Below, piece by piece: positions 55,263 through 62,345 of a DNA stretch of 64,000 nt (the stretch's first letter is position 1; each line of letters opens with the position of its first letter). The DNA comes from a virus (Duplodnaviria > Caudoviricetes): the IMG/VR virus record IMGVR_UViG_3300033074_001483, positions 21,517 to 85,516 of that record. The stretch is one strand, 5' to 3'. The notes below the pieces were generated by a model. It did no database searches. It saw nothing but the letters and a program-made list of their open reading frames with translations, and was not told the DNA's origin. A program made the translations under genes and the position numbers.

Positions 55263-55269
55263 AGGCAGA

Positions 55270-55298
55270 ATAATACACCTTCCACATTCTCTTGTCAA
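55270..55298 (-). promoter_or_regulatory. Sigma70-like promoter
   Basis: TTGACA-17-TATTAT. Confidence 0.7.
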
Positions 55299-55463
55299 TT
55301 ACATTATCGCCAATACGTCCTCCGAACTCATCGCTCGGCTAGCCGCATGACCAATCACCTTTTTTTAGGGAGAAAAGCAGACACTCGTACCTAAAACCAT
55401 TGCAAGTCTTAGGAGAAGTGCCGATGGAGTTTGCTTAAACCCAATTCAACAAATCTTTTCAAC

Positions 55464-55491
55464 AAAAAAACCGAACCCACTTTGGTTCGGC
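55464..55491 (-). terminator. Intrinsic terminator / putative attenuator
   Basis: CCGAACC-AAAGTG-GGTTCGG followed by T7. Confidence 0.8.
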
Positions 55492-55518
55492 TCTCTTTGA
55501 CGTATGTATGTAAGTACT

Positions 55519-55653
55519 TTACGTCGAGAGCCTTCCTTCTGGGCGATCATTAAGATAAACACTCTTTGCTACGAAACTAATCGAAGCAGAGGGGTTCGTC
55601 ACCCGAAGGACCGGGTTTCTAAACCATTGTTTATGTAATGACTGCATGTTCAT
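55519..55653 (-). CDS. Putative leader peptide (44 aa)
   Basis: MNMQSLHKQWFRNPVLRVTNPSASISFVAKSVYLNDRPEGRLST between a promoter and a terminator. Confidence 0.55.
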   Translation of the reverse strand: MNMQSLHKQWFRNPVLRVTNPSASISFVAKSVYLNDRPEGRLST

Positions 55654-55724
55654 ACTACCAATAAATACTTTGTCGTTTTTGTTTTCGCTCGGTTTTCTTA
55701 ACCGATTTTCATCTTACGTGGCAT

Positions 55725-55753
55725 ACTCTACCACACTTGAAGGAAGTTGTCAA
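55725..55753 (-). promoter_or_regulatory. Sigma70-like promoter
   Basis: TTGACA-17-TAGAGT with extended -10 TG. Confidence 0.65.
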
Positions 55754-55772
55754 CAACTTTCTTCAGAAATTT

Positions 55773-55848
55773 TGGAGGCCCGTGTCGGTACTGCCCCGAC
55801 CTTATTCCGCTTTGCAGGCGGCTGCATTCCCTTGTCTGCCACCGGGCC
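55773..55848 (-). tRNA. tRNA-Cys(GCA)
   Basis: Loop CT-GCA-AA; U73; CCA. Confidence 0.9.
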
Positions 55849-55852
55849 ATAA

Positions 55853-55921
55853 TGCTCGTGCTGGATTAGATCCAGCGTCTTCGCTTTATCAGTGCGGTGT
55901 TCTGCCACTGAACTAACGAGC
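55853..55921 (-). tRNA. Degenerate tRNA-Ile(GAT), no encoded CCA
   Basis: Loop CT-GAT-AA; mismatched anticodon stem. Confidence 0.55.
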
Positions 55922-56003
55922 ATGATTGGACTGCAACTTCCCACGAGCGTCAGAGCCTTTTCAGGCTGCGAGTTGCATCGCTCTGATATTTGTCCAATCA
56001 AAT

Positions 56004-56077
56004 TGGAGCCAGATGTCGGTACTGCCCCGACGCATTTAGTTTACGAAACTAACAGGCTGCTTTTACATCAATCTGGC
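56004..56077 (-). tRNA. tRNA-Thr(CGT)
   Basis: TTAGT-TTCGTAA-ACTAA; CCA. Confidence 0.85.
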
Positions 56078-56078
56078 A

Positions 56079-56152
56079 TGGAGCCGAGTGTCGGTACTGC
56101 CCCGACTTTTGAAGTTTACAAAACTACTGTAATACTTTTATACTAACCCGGC
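56079..56152 (-). tRNA. tRNA-Thr(TGT)
   Basis: Loop TT-TGT-AA; CCA. Confidence 0.85.
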
Positions 56153-56174
56153 ATTCAAAGAACAATCTACAAAT

Positions 56175-56259
56175 TGGTGCCACTGGTCCGATTCGAACGG
56201 GCAAAGGATAACAGGTTTTGAATCTGTCGGTTGTGCCAGCTTCCCTAATCCACAGTGGC
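56175..56259 (-). tRNA. tRNA-Leu(CAA), enlarged D-loop, short variable region
   Basis: Loop TT-CAA-AA; near-identical body to Leu(TAG); CCA. Confidence 0.83.
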
Positions 56260-56272
56260 GTCTCAAAGAACA

Positions 56273-56533
56273 TTACTGCTTCGGCAAGTGATTCCTTAAC
56301 AAATCACCGCTTTCGCTCAAGTGAGATGCAATCGTGCATCCAACTCGGTGCGGACAAGCCGTCGTGCAATACATCTCACGAATTAGCCATCCATAATCCT
56401 TGATAAATGATTCAAGAGCTGTATTCTTGTCATCTATCTGCCGCAAATACTTATGTTCGTCTAAATGCCTCTTGACGACCTCAAGTTGGGTCTTCATGAA
56501 CTCTCTCAAATGTGAACACGAGACCTCTTGCAT
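56273..56533 (-). CDS. Hypothetical protein
   Basis: 86 aa ORF. Confidence 0.5.
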   Translation of the reverse strand: MQEVSCSHLREFMKTQLEVVKRHLDEHKYLRQIDDKNTALESFIKDYGWLIREMYCTTACPHRVGCTIASHLSESGDLLRNHLPKQ

Positions 56534-56542
56534 TTTTCAAAT

Positions 56543-56635
56543 TGGTCGGCGTGCTCGGTACTGCCCCGAGAACTCACACTCATCTAGTGTTTAAGCAGTT
56601 TATAAGGCTGCTGGCTTTCTTTAAGCTACACGCCG
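56543..56635 (-). tRNA. tRNA-Ile(TAT) with long variable arm
   Basis: GCAG(C)-CTTATAA-(A)CTGC; variable hairpin ACACT/AGTGT; A73; CCA. Confidence 0.78.
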
Positions 56636-56636
56636 A

Positions 56637-56915
56637 TTAACGCATCAAAGAATTGAAAATCGGTGGATTATTGGTATCCAATTTAGATCCCAATGAAGGT
56701 GTGTACCACCTTTTTGTATCCAACGGTTCAATCTTTTCCCATAGTTCCACTGTTACTGTGCCGTCTGCATTCGCCATTTCTGGTGAAACAAAACGATACT
56801 TTTGTCCACGAACATCAGTGACCACTGTGGGATCAATGTAAGGTTGCTTTTCAACTACCGGACGACATCCGAGGACGAACACCGATAGCAAAATCACTAA
56901 CCATACATTTCTCAT
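56637..56915 (-). CDS. Putative lipoprotein
   Basis: Signal peptide with lipobox VLGC. Confidence 0.6.
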   Translation of the reverse strand: MRNVWLVILLSVFVLGCRPVVEKQPYIDPTVVTDVRGQKYRFVSPEMANADGTVTVELWEKIEPLDTKRWYTPSLGSKLDTNNPPIFNSLMR

Positions 56916-56921
56916 ACAAAT

Positions 56922-56995
56922 TGGAGCCCAAGGACGGTTACGCTCCGTCGTCTCAGCTTTACCAAAGCCGTGTACTGCTATTGTACTACATGGGC
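56922..56995 (-). tRNA. tRNA-Thr(GGT)
   Basis: CGGCT-TTGGTAA-AGCTG; CCA. Confidence 0.88.
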
Positions 56996-56996
56996 G

Positions 56997-57071
56997 TGGA
57001 GCACTATGTCGGTAACGCCCCGACTACTGATGGTTGGAAGCCACCTGTGTATCTATAAACACCTATAGTGC
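56997..57071 (-). tRNA. tRNA-Gly(TCC)
   Basis: GGTGG-CTTCCAA-CCATC; U73; CCA. Confidence 0.87.
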
Positions 57072-57073
57072 GT

Positions 57074-57147
57074 TGGAGCATCGTGCGGGAATCGAACCCG
57101 CTTGGCCAGCTTGGAAGGCTGGAGCACGGCCAATATGCCAACGATGC
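57074..57147 (-). tRNA. tRNA-Gly(TCC), copy 2
   Basis: CCAGC-CTTCCAA-GCTGG; U73; CCA. Confidence 0.92.
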
Positions 57148-57246
57148 ACTTACAAAGATCAAATCCGTTAGACAGACTCGGAACCTCACATCATACGGAG
57201 GGTTTATCCGAATGGCTCTTTTTGGCACTTCACATCTGTCAAAAAT

Positions 57247-57320
57247 TGGAGCGGATGAAGGGAATCGAACCCTCACTTCGGCCTTGGCAAGGCTGTAGGC
57301 TACCACTACATCACATCCGC
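57247..57320 (-). tRNA. tRNA-Gly(GCC)
   Basis: Loop TT-GCC-AA; U73; CCA. Confidence 0.92.
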
Positions 57321-57339
57321 ATCAAAGAACAATCAAAAT

Positions 57340-57413
57340 TGGTAGCTGATACTGGTTCTGCCCCAGTGTCTTGACCTTATGAGGATCTTGTTCTACTATT
57401 GAACTAATCAGCC
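57340..57413 (-). tRNA. tRNA(CAT), probably elongator Met
   Basis: Loop CT-CAT-AA; T-loop GGCAGAA; CCA. Confidence 0.85.
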
Positions 57414-57424
57414 ATTACACCGCT

Positions 57425-57453
57425 ACTCTACCTGATAAATAGATGCTTGTCAA
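57425..57453 (-). promoter_or_regulatory. Sigma70-like promoter heading the tRNA region
   Basis: TTGACA-17-TAGAGT; TATTTAT in the spacer. Confidence 0.65.
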
Positions 57454-57567
57454 ACAAAATCGCATTTTTCTGCGACTTTTTTTAACCGCCATTTGCTCGG
57501 GTTGAAGGCGTTCTCAACGTTACGGGAAGAAGTATATCACACTTCTTGGATTTGTCAAGCCCCTATT

Positions 57568-58056
57568 TTAATCGTCTGGGGAATCGCCTCCCAGAGGGTC
57601 TCCGTGTTGTTTGTGGTATCGAATCTCTTCCGCATTGTTGTCAACATAATCGGCATATTCTTGTTCCATATGTCCTTCAACAAGTCTGTCAATTCGTTGA
57701 GCAGCAAGTTTAGCTTTACGCTCGTCCAAAATGTCTTTTTCAGTGAATGCTACATCAGCATCCAGCTTATAAACAACATCTTTGTTGCTTCCACCTTCAA
57801 TGAAAATTTCTGCATAGATGGTGTACTCGGGGAAAAACGTAATGTTATCATCCGATGCCAGCTTCAAATCAATATGAGTTTCAACATCATCTTGCCATTC
57901 TTCATCATCCATTGATCCCATGACGGAAACTTGCTTTACCAATGGAACATGACCCTCACTTTTGAGAGTAATCTCCCAGTCTTTACCAGCAGACCATTTT
58001 TGTTTCTGCAATTCCCGCACAATCCGCAGGAGAATGGCTTGGATTCGTTCGTTCAT
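57568..58056 (-). CDS. Hypothetical acidic protein
   Basis: 162 aa; TATTTATA upstream. Confidence 0.55.
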   Translation of the reverse strand: MNERIQAILLRIVRELQKQKWSAGKDWEITLKSEGHVPLVKQVSVMGSMDDEEWQDDVETHIDLKLASDDNITFFPEYTIYAEIFIEGGSNKDVVYKLDADVAFTEKDILDERKAKLAAQRIDRLVEGHMEQEYADYVDNNAEEIRYHKQHGDPLGGDSPDD

Positions 58057-58077
58057 ACAGGTATAAATATAACCGTA

Positions 58078-58395
58078 TTAGGGTAAAGTGATATGTTTGA
58101 TAAACTCCTTTACCTCATCCTTGAAAGGATATGGCAGGGGAGGTTCCACGGGGGCGGTTGAATAAACTCCCCAAGCACACCACCAACCACATTCTGGACA
58201 AGAATTGCTTCCTCCACCATCCTTGGTCTTGACCGTAATCATGTTTGGGTGGGGACATTTCGCCTGATAGTCAAACTCTTGCTGAACTATCTTCATTACT
58301 TCTTCATTGAAGATGTCATCAATGCACTTTTTCAAATCTTCTTGCTGCTTGCGAAGAAGATTCTTCTTCTCGGTCATTCGTTCAGTAAAGGTCAT
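58078..58395 (-). CDS. Hypothetical protein with zinc ribbon
   Basis: CPHP..CPECG. Confidence 0.55.
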   Translation of the reverse strand: MTFTERMTEKKNLLRKQQEDLKKCIDDIFNEEVMKIVQQEFDYQAKCPHPNMITVKTKDGGGSNSCPECGWWCAWGVYSTAPVEPPLPYPFKDEVKEFIKHITLP

Positions 58396-58399
58396 GCGC

Positions 58400-59536
58400 T
58401 TATTCCTTTTTGAATTCTTTCTCAGGGGCGTTGTACGCTTCCTTCAAATACTGTGTTGGGTCTTGAAGGTAATGAATACTTTTCTCATATCCGTCAGATG
58501 GTTTGTAATATCCATGAGGATACATTTCAATGTGGAGCATACTTGGCTTCCAACCCTGAAGTTCTGGATGCTGTGGTCTATCTGGCGGAATTACCCGCAG
58601 TACTTCACCAATGCGAGTATCGCCCCGACGAACTTTGTCACCAACACGTACGCACGGCTTGATTTCGCCATAGCACACCACACCCGTTGCTCCTTCAACA
58701 AGAACACAGTCGGTATCCAACCACCAAGGACTGTTATCTTTTGGACCCGTGAATGGTTCAACCGCTACAACTATACCATTTTCAACTGGCACAACGGGTG
58801 TACCAACATCACAATACAAATCCACGCCTGTATGCGTAGAGTTCTTTCGCTTGGCATTGAATGCTCCCGGGTGAGTGCAAACGGGAATGCCTTCACAAAG
58901 TTGTTTCTCCCACGGATATTGGCCGGGGATGGGGAAAGACCATCGCAACGCCTCTTGGGTCGCTTCTACAATATCCTCAATGTTTGCCATAGCACCCATT
59001 CCATAGGTATTACAGGCAAGCATCTTTGCTTGGGGAGGAACAATTTTGTATCCCCAACTACGAAGCGTCTTGATATGCTGCTCTGTAATGGGATGATTCC
59101 ACATGTGAGTATTCATTGCGGGTGCAATGATAACAGGACGATTTTGATCCCACGCCCGAGCAACAGACGTAAGAAGATTATCGCACAATCCATTTGCCAG
59201 CTTCGCAAGTGTATTGGCAGAACATGGAGCAATCACCAAAACACTATACTTATCCCGAAGCTCAATATGGAGAACGGGGTCATCTTTTCTCCATTTGGAT
59301 TCCATGTGGTCATCATGGTTGAAAAACTTGCCTTTGCTCGGCGTATCCGAATGAAACCAGTGCCACTCGTGCCATTCACGCAAGACTTTGATTCCATTGA
59401 ACTCGTCTGAGACAAAATGCTCCGCTCTCGGTGTGAGAACAGTCGTTACATCTCCAACTTTCTGAAGCTCATTGACCAGTTTCACGTACAAAACTGATGC
59501 AACGCTTCCAGTTAGTCCAAGCAATACTTTTCTCAT
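58400..59536 (-). CDS. coaC: Phosphopantothenoylcysteine decarboxylase fused to an M23 peptidase-like domain
   Basis: GLTGSVA, HIEL, APCSANTLAKLANGLCDNL, PAMNTHMW, LAC..G.GAM; C-terminal HTGVDL..LHIE. Confidence 0.88.
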   Translation of the reverse strand: MRKVLLGLTGSVASVLYVKLVNELQKVGDVTTVLTPRAEHFVSDEFNGIKVLREWHEWHWFHSDTPSKGKFFNHDDHMESKWRKDDPVLHIELRDKYSVLVIAPCSANTLAKLANGLCDNLLTSVARAWDQNRPVIIAPAMNTHMWNHPITEQHIKTLRSWGYKIVPPQAKMLACNTYGMGAMANIEDIVEATQEALRWSFPIPGQYPWEKQLCEGIPVCTHPGAFNAKRKNSTHTGVDLYCDVGTPVVPVENGIVVAVEPFTGPKDNSPWWLDTDCVLVEGATGVVCYGEIKPCVRVGDKVRRGDTRIGEVLRVIPPDRPQHPELQGWKPSMLHIEMYPHGYYKPSDGYEKSIHYLQDPTQYLKEAYNAPEKEFKKE

Positions 59537-59880
59537 AATCCTCTTTCTCTTACTTCCAACTCGCCCAAATTACCAACAGCGTGTGCCAATTCGTGATAGT
59601 AAACTTGTCTCACAGATTCCATCGCTCCTTTCATATCTTGATTGCAGTGTTCATAAATCTGCCCTGCAAAAATAGCAATGGTGTTTGTCCATTTGTTATA
59701 ACACCCCAAAACCGTAGCATTCTTCCACACATCAAGCGGAAACTGATACTTATCCACTATAGTAAGAATCTGGTCTGCTTTCTTCCCCACTTCTGGTGGA
59801 AGATCATTTTGTGCCTGTACAATAGTTGTATCTACTGCATCACAAATCTCATTCCACTGTTCGTCGGTGAATTCAATCAT
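59533..59880 (-). CDS. Small zincin-like metalloprotein
   Basis: YYHELAHAVG HExxH motif. Confidence 0.7.
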   Translation of the reverse strand: MIEFTDEQWNEICDAVDTTIVQAQNDLPPEVGKKADQILTIVDKYQFPLDVWKNATVLGCYNKWTNTIAIFAGQIYEHCNQDMKGAMESVRQVYYHELAHAVGNLGELEVRERGL

Positions 59881-60620
59881 AATTTGACAGTGTGTTCGGC
59901 AACCATTCGTGCCAAGAAATTTGGGTCGCTTGGGTTGGTCTTGTAAGTGACGGGTTCTTTATTTGGGAATACCAAATGTACCTGATGTTTATTTTCCTTG
60001 ATGTCCTGCAAATCATTGGCAACAATCATATCACATTTGTTATCGGCGATACTCTTCTTAGCAGCATCAATGAGTTGATAATCTTTACTACCAACGAGAA
60101 GTTTGAACCCCACCAATTTGGTTGTAGGCAACCACTCTTTGATAAAGTAAATCAACTTTGGCAATTGCTCCAACTCAATCTTGAGAGCATCATTGGAGCG
60201 AATCTTTCCTTTGACGGGGTTCTTGACGCCATAATCGCTAACCGCAGCAGCGAGAACTACAACATCTGGACGATAGATTTTGAGAATGCGCTCAAGGCGT
60301 TCCTTGTAATCATCGAAGGTGCGATATTCCATCTGTTTGTAGCGATTGAGCATCGGAACTTTTTCCTTCATCATCTCAATCGCCAGAAGATGTTTCATCG
60401 TCCAGCCTTCCGTATCACCCACACCATAACCTTCGGCAAGGTCAATCTCAAATTTGAATGGAGTACGTCCTCCTTTGGCAGTAAAGAAAAAGACTTCATG
60501 CCCCAACTTGAGCAACTCCAAGGCAATCTTGCTGCCGAAAGTGCCACGAGACATATTCGTAATGTCCCGCACCATATCAATGGGTATTTTAGTGCCGCCC
60601 GACGTAACGAGGATATTCAT
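59877..60620 (-). CDS. coaB: Phosphopantothenate--cysteine ligase
   Basis: LVTSGGTKIPID.VR.ITN.S.G.FG, LAAAVSDY, LVGFKL, IVANDL motifs. Confidence 0.9.
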   Translation of the reverse strand: MNILVTSGGTKIPIDMVRDITNMSRGTFGSKIALELLKLGHEVFFFTAKGGRTPFKFEIDLAEGYGVGDTEGWTMKHLLAIEMMKEKVPMLNRYKQMEYRTFDDYKERLERILKIYRPDVVVLAAAVSDYGVKNPVKGKIRSNDALKIELEQLPKLIYFIKEWLPTTKLVGFKLLVGSKDYQLIDAAKKSIADNKCDMIVANDLQDIKENKHQVHLVFPNKEPVTYKTNPSDPNFLARMVAEHTVKL

Positions 60621-60912
60621 AACCTATTTCCTTCTCCCACGCAATGCGTAGGCATTTGACAACTTGAAGTGGAGTCATGCCCATTCGGTATGCTTTCCGA
60701 AAAGCACGCACCATTCCATTCAAAAATGCTTGTTCTCTTATTTTACTCATATGCTTCCAGCAACGGGTGTCTATTCAAGTAGAATATCAATCCTATTGGT
60801 TGGAATAACGGTTTTACCGATAGAAATTCTTTTCCATCGGGAGACATTTCAACTTCAACTTTGTTGCCGTTATCACATTCGAGCAACAGTTTGACAGATT
60901 GAATCGTTACTC

Positions 60913-61308
60913 TCATACAACGATAGGACCGGACAACCAAAAGTCCGCATAGCTTTCCACATAGTTGTTTGTGCCATCAACCACCAACAACACAATCAAA
61001 TCGGTGGTATCAATATGACAGGAGTGGGTGTACTGACCAACTTGTAGTCCGTATAATCCTCTACCACGACCAAGACCCCCAATCTTCCAGAACTTCATAC
61101 CCGGCTTGATTTCGTATCCAAAACCTTCATAAAGAGCGATCAGTTCTTCCCGAGTCATCACATTGGCATCAGCAATCTTTTTCTGACGTTCTTCGATGAT
61201 GGCATCCAACTTCTCTTCAAATGCCTCAAGTTCATCTTCGTCAAGACTGAGGATTTTGACTACCAACTCGTCGCCGAGTGCTTCTGCTGCTTTTGCTATG
61301 TTCTTCAT
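60913..61308 (-). CDS. Hypothetical protein
   Basis: 131 aa ORF. Confidence 0.5.
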   Translation of the reverse strand: MKNIAKAAEALGDELVVKILSLDEDELEAFEEKLDAIIEERQKKIADANVMTREELIALYEGFGYEIKPGMKFWKIGGLGRGRGLYGLQVGQYTHSCHIDTTDLIVLLVVDGTNNYVESYADFWLSGPIVV

Positions 61309-61309
61309 G

Positions 61310-61606
61310 TCAATGATAGGGGTTCTTGTCCCGAAACTTACCGGGGCTGGATTTGAATAAAGTGGTTGCTGGTTGTTTACGACGCCACTTCAAGAACTTC
61401 TGAAAACCTTCATTGGCAAGGATGCTCTCCACCGAATTGAAGACATCCCGAAGTTCATTGTGTGACCACGTTTTGTGAATGTAGGACTCACACGTTTCAC
61501 AAGTGGGAACAATGGTCGTTCCGCCCTTTGACTTGGGCACAACATGATGACCACGGGTATGCGTGGTGAATCCACAGAAGGCGCACTTGTTAATTTCTGC
61601 TGCCAT
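61310..61606 (-). CDS. Small HNH-like protein
   Basis: [24 protein letters not shown]. Confidence 0.75.
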   Translation of the reverse strand: MAAEINKCAFCGFTTHTRGHHVVPKSKGGTTIVPTCETCESYIHKTWSHNELRDVFNSVESILANEGFQKFLKWRRKQPATTLFKSSPGKFRDKNPYH

Positions 61607-61865
61607 AACACACTTTATGAACGTCTTGTCGGGTGATTGCTTTCTTACCATCTTTGCTCAATTGCTTGATGGCGTATTCTTTCTTCATCGCTTCCGATTT
61701 GCTGTTGAAAGAATCAAACCACAGAAGTTTTACGGGCAATCTGCCTCGGGTGTACTTTGCACCTTTACCTTTGTTATGAACGGCAAGGCGTTTTTGAACA
61801 TCCGTAGTCCATCCAGTGTAGTATGTGCCGTCAGCACAGAACAGAATGTAAACGTAGTACTTCAT
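61590..61865 (-). CDS. GIY-YIG nuclease (UPF0213/YhbQ-like)
   Basis: [37 protein letters not shown]. Confidence 0.9.
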   Translation of the reverse strand: MKYYVYILFCADGTYYTGWTTDVQKRLAVHNKGKGAKYTRGRLPVKLLWFDSFNSKSEAMKKEYAIKQLSKDGKKAITRQDVHKVCYGSRN

Positions 61866-61898
61866 CAACAAGAAGGATAGCATAGAGCTATCCATTTG

Positions 61899-62207
61899 TC
61901 AACGACGTTTTTTCTTGCGTCTGTATCCCAATCGCCATAGAAGATTGGCGATAGTTGTGCCTGCTTTCAGGATGAATGCTTCTGGTTTTCTTGGAAGGAG
62001 TTCGTGAAGTGCCTCATGAATAAGCGTGTCCATGTAATCTTTGGGACACTGCCGAGGATCTATTTCTATAACGTAAGTGCGTGTTCCCGGCCAACATCTG
62101 CCAACACACTTATCTTCTTCAAGCAAACGTTTATTGTTGACCACCCACAATTTAAGTGGTCGTTTGGCTTTTGTCTTACCGACAACAGGGTATCGCTTAC
62201 GTTTCAC
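61899..62207 (-). CDS. HExxH metalloprotein-like
   Basis: TLIHEALHELL. Confidence 0.6.
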   Translation of the reverse strand: MKRKRYPVVGKTKAKRPLKLWVVNNKRLLEEDKCVGRCWPGTRTYVIEIDPRQCPKDYMDTLIHEALHELLPRKPEAFILKAGTTIANLLWRLGYRRKKKRR

Positions 62208-62345
62208 CTGCGCTTTTACTGACGATTGTTTTGGTCAGTTCAAACGCTTGTTCGGTGGTGAATCCAACTCGAAGGAATGCATCGAACAAGCTTTTCACTG
62301 CCTTTGCATAAACTTCTTCGGATACTTCTACTTTCTTTGGTTTTC

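Noticed and set aside
58307-60659. Long plus-strand ORFs 58307-59410 and 59892-60659
   Set aside because: Antisense shadows of coaC-M23 and coaB with no recognisable motifs.
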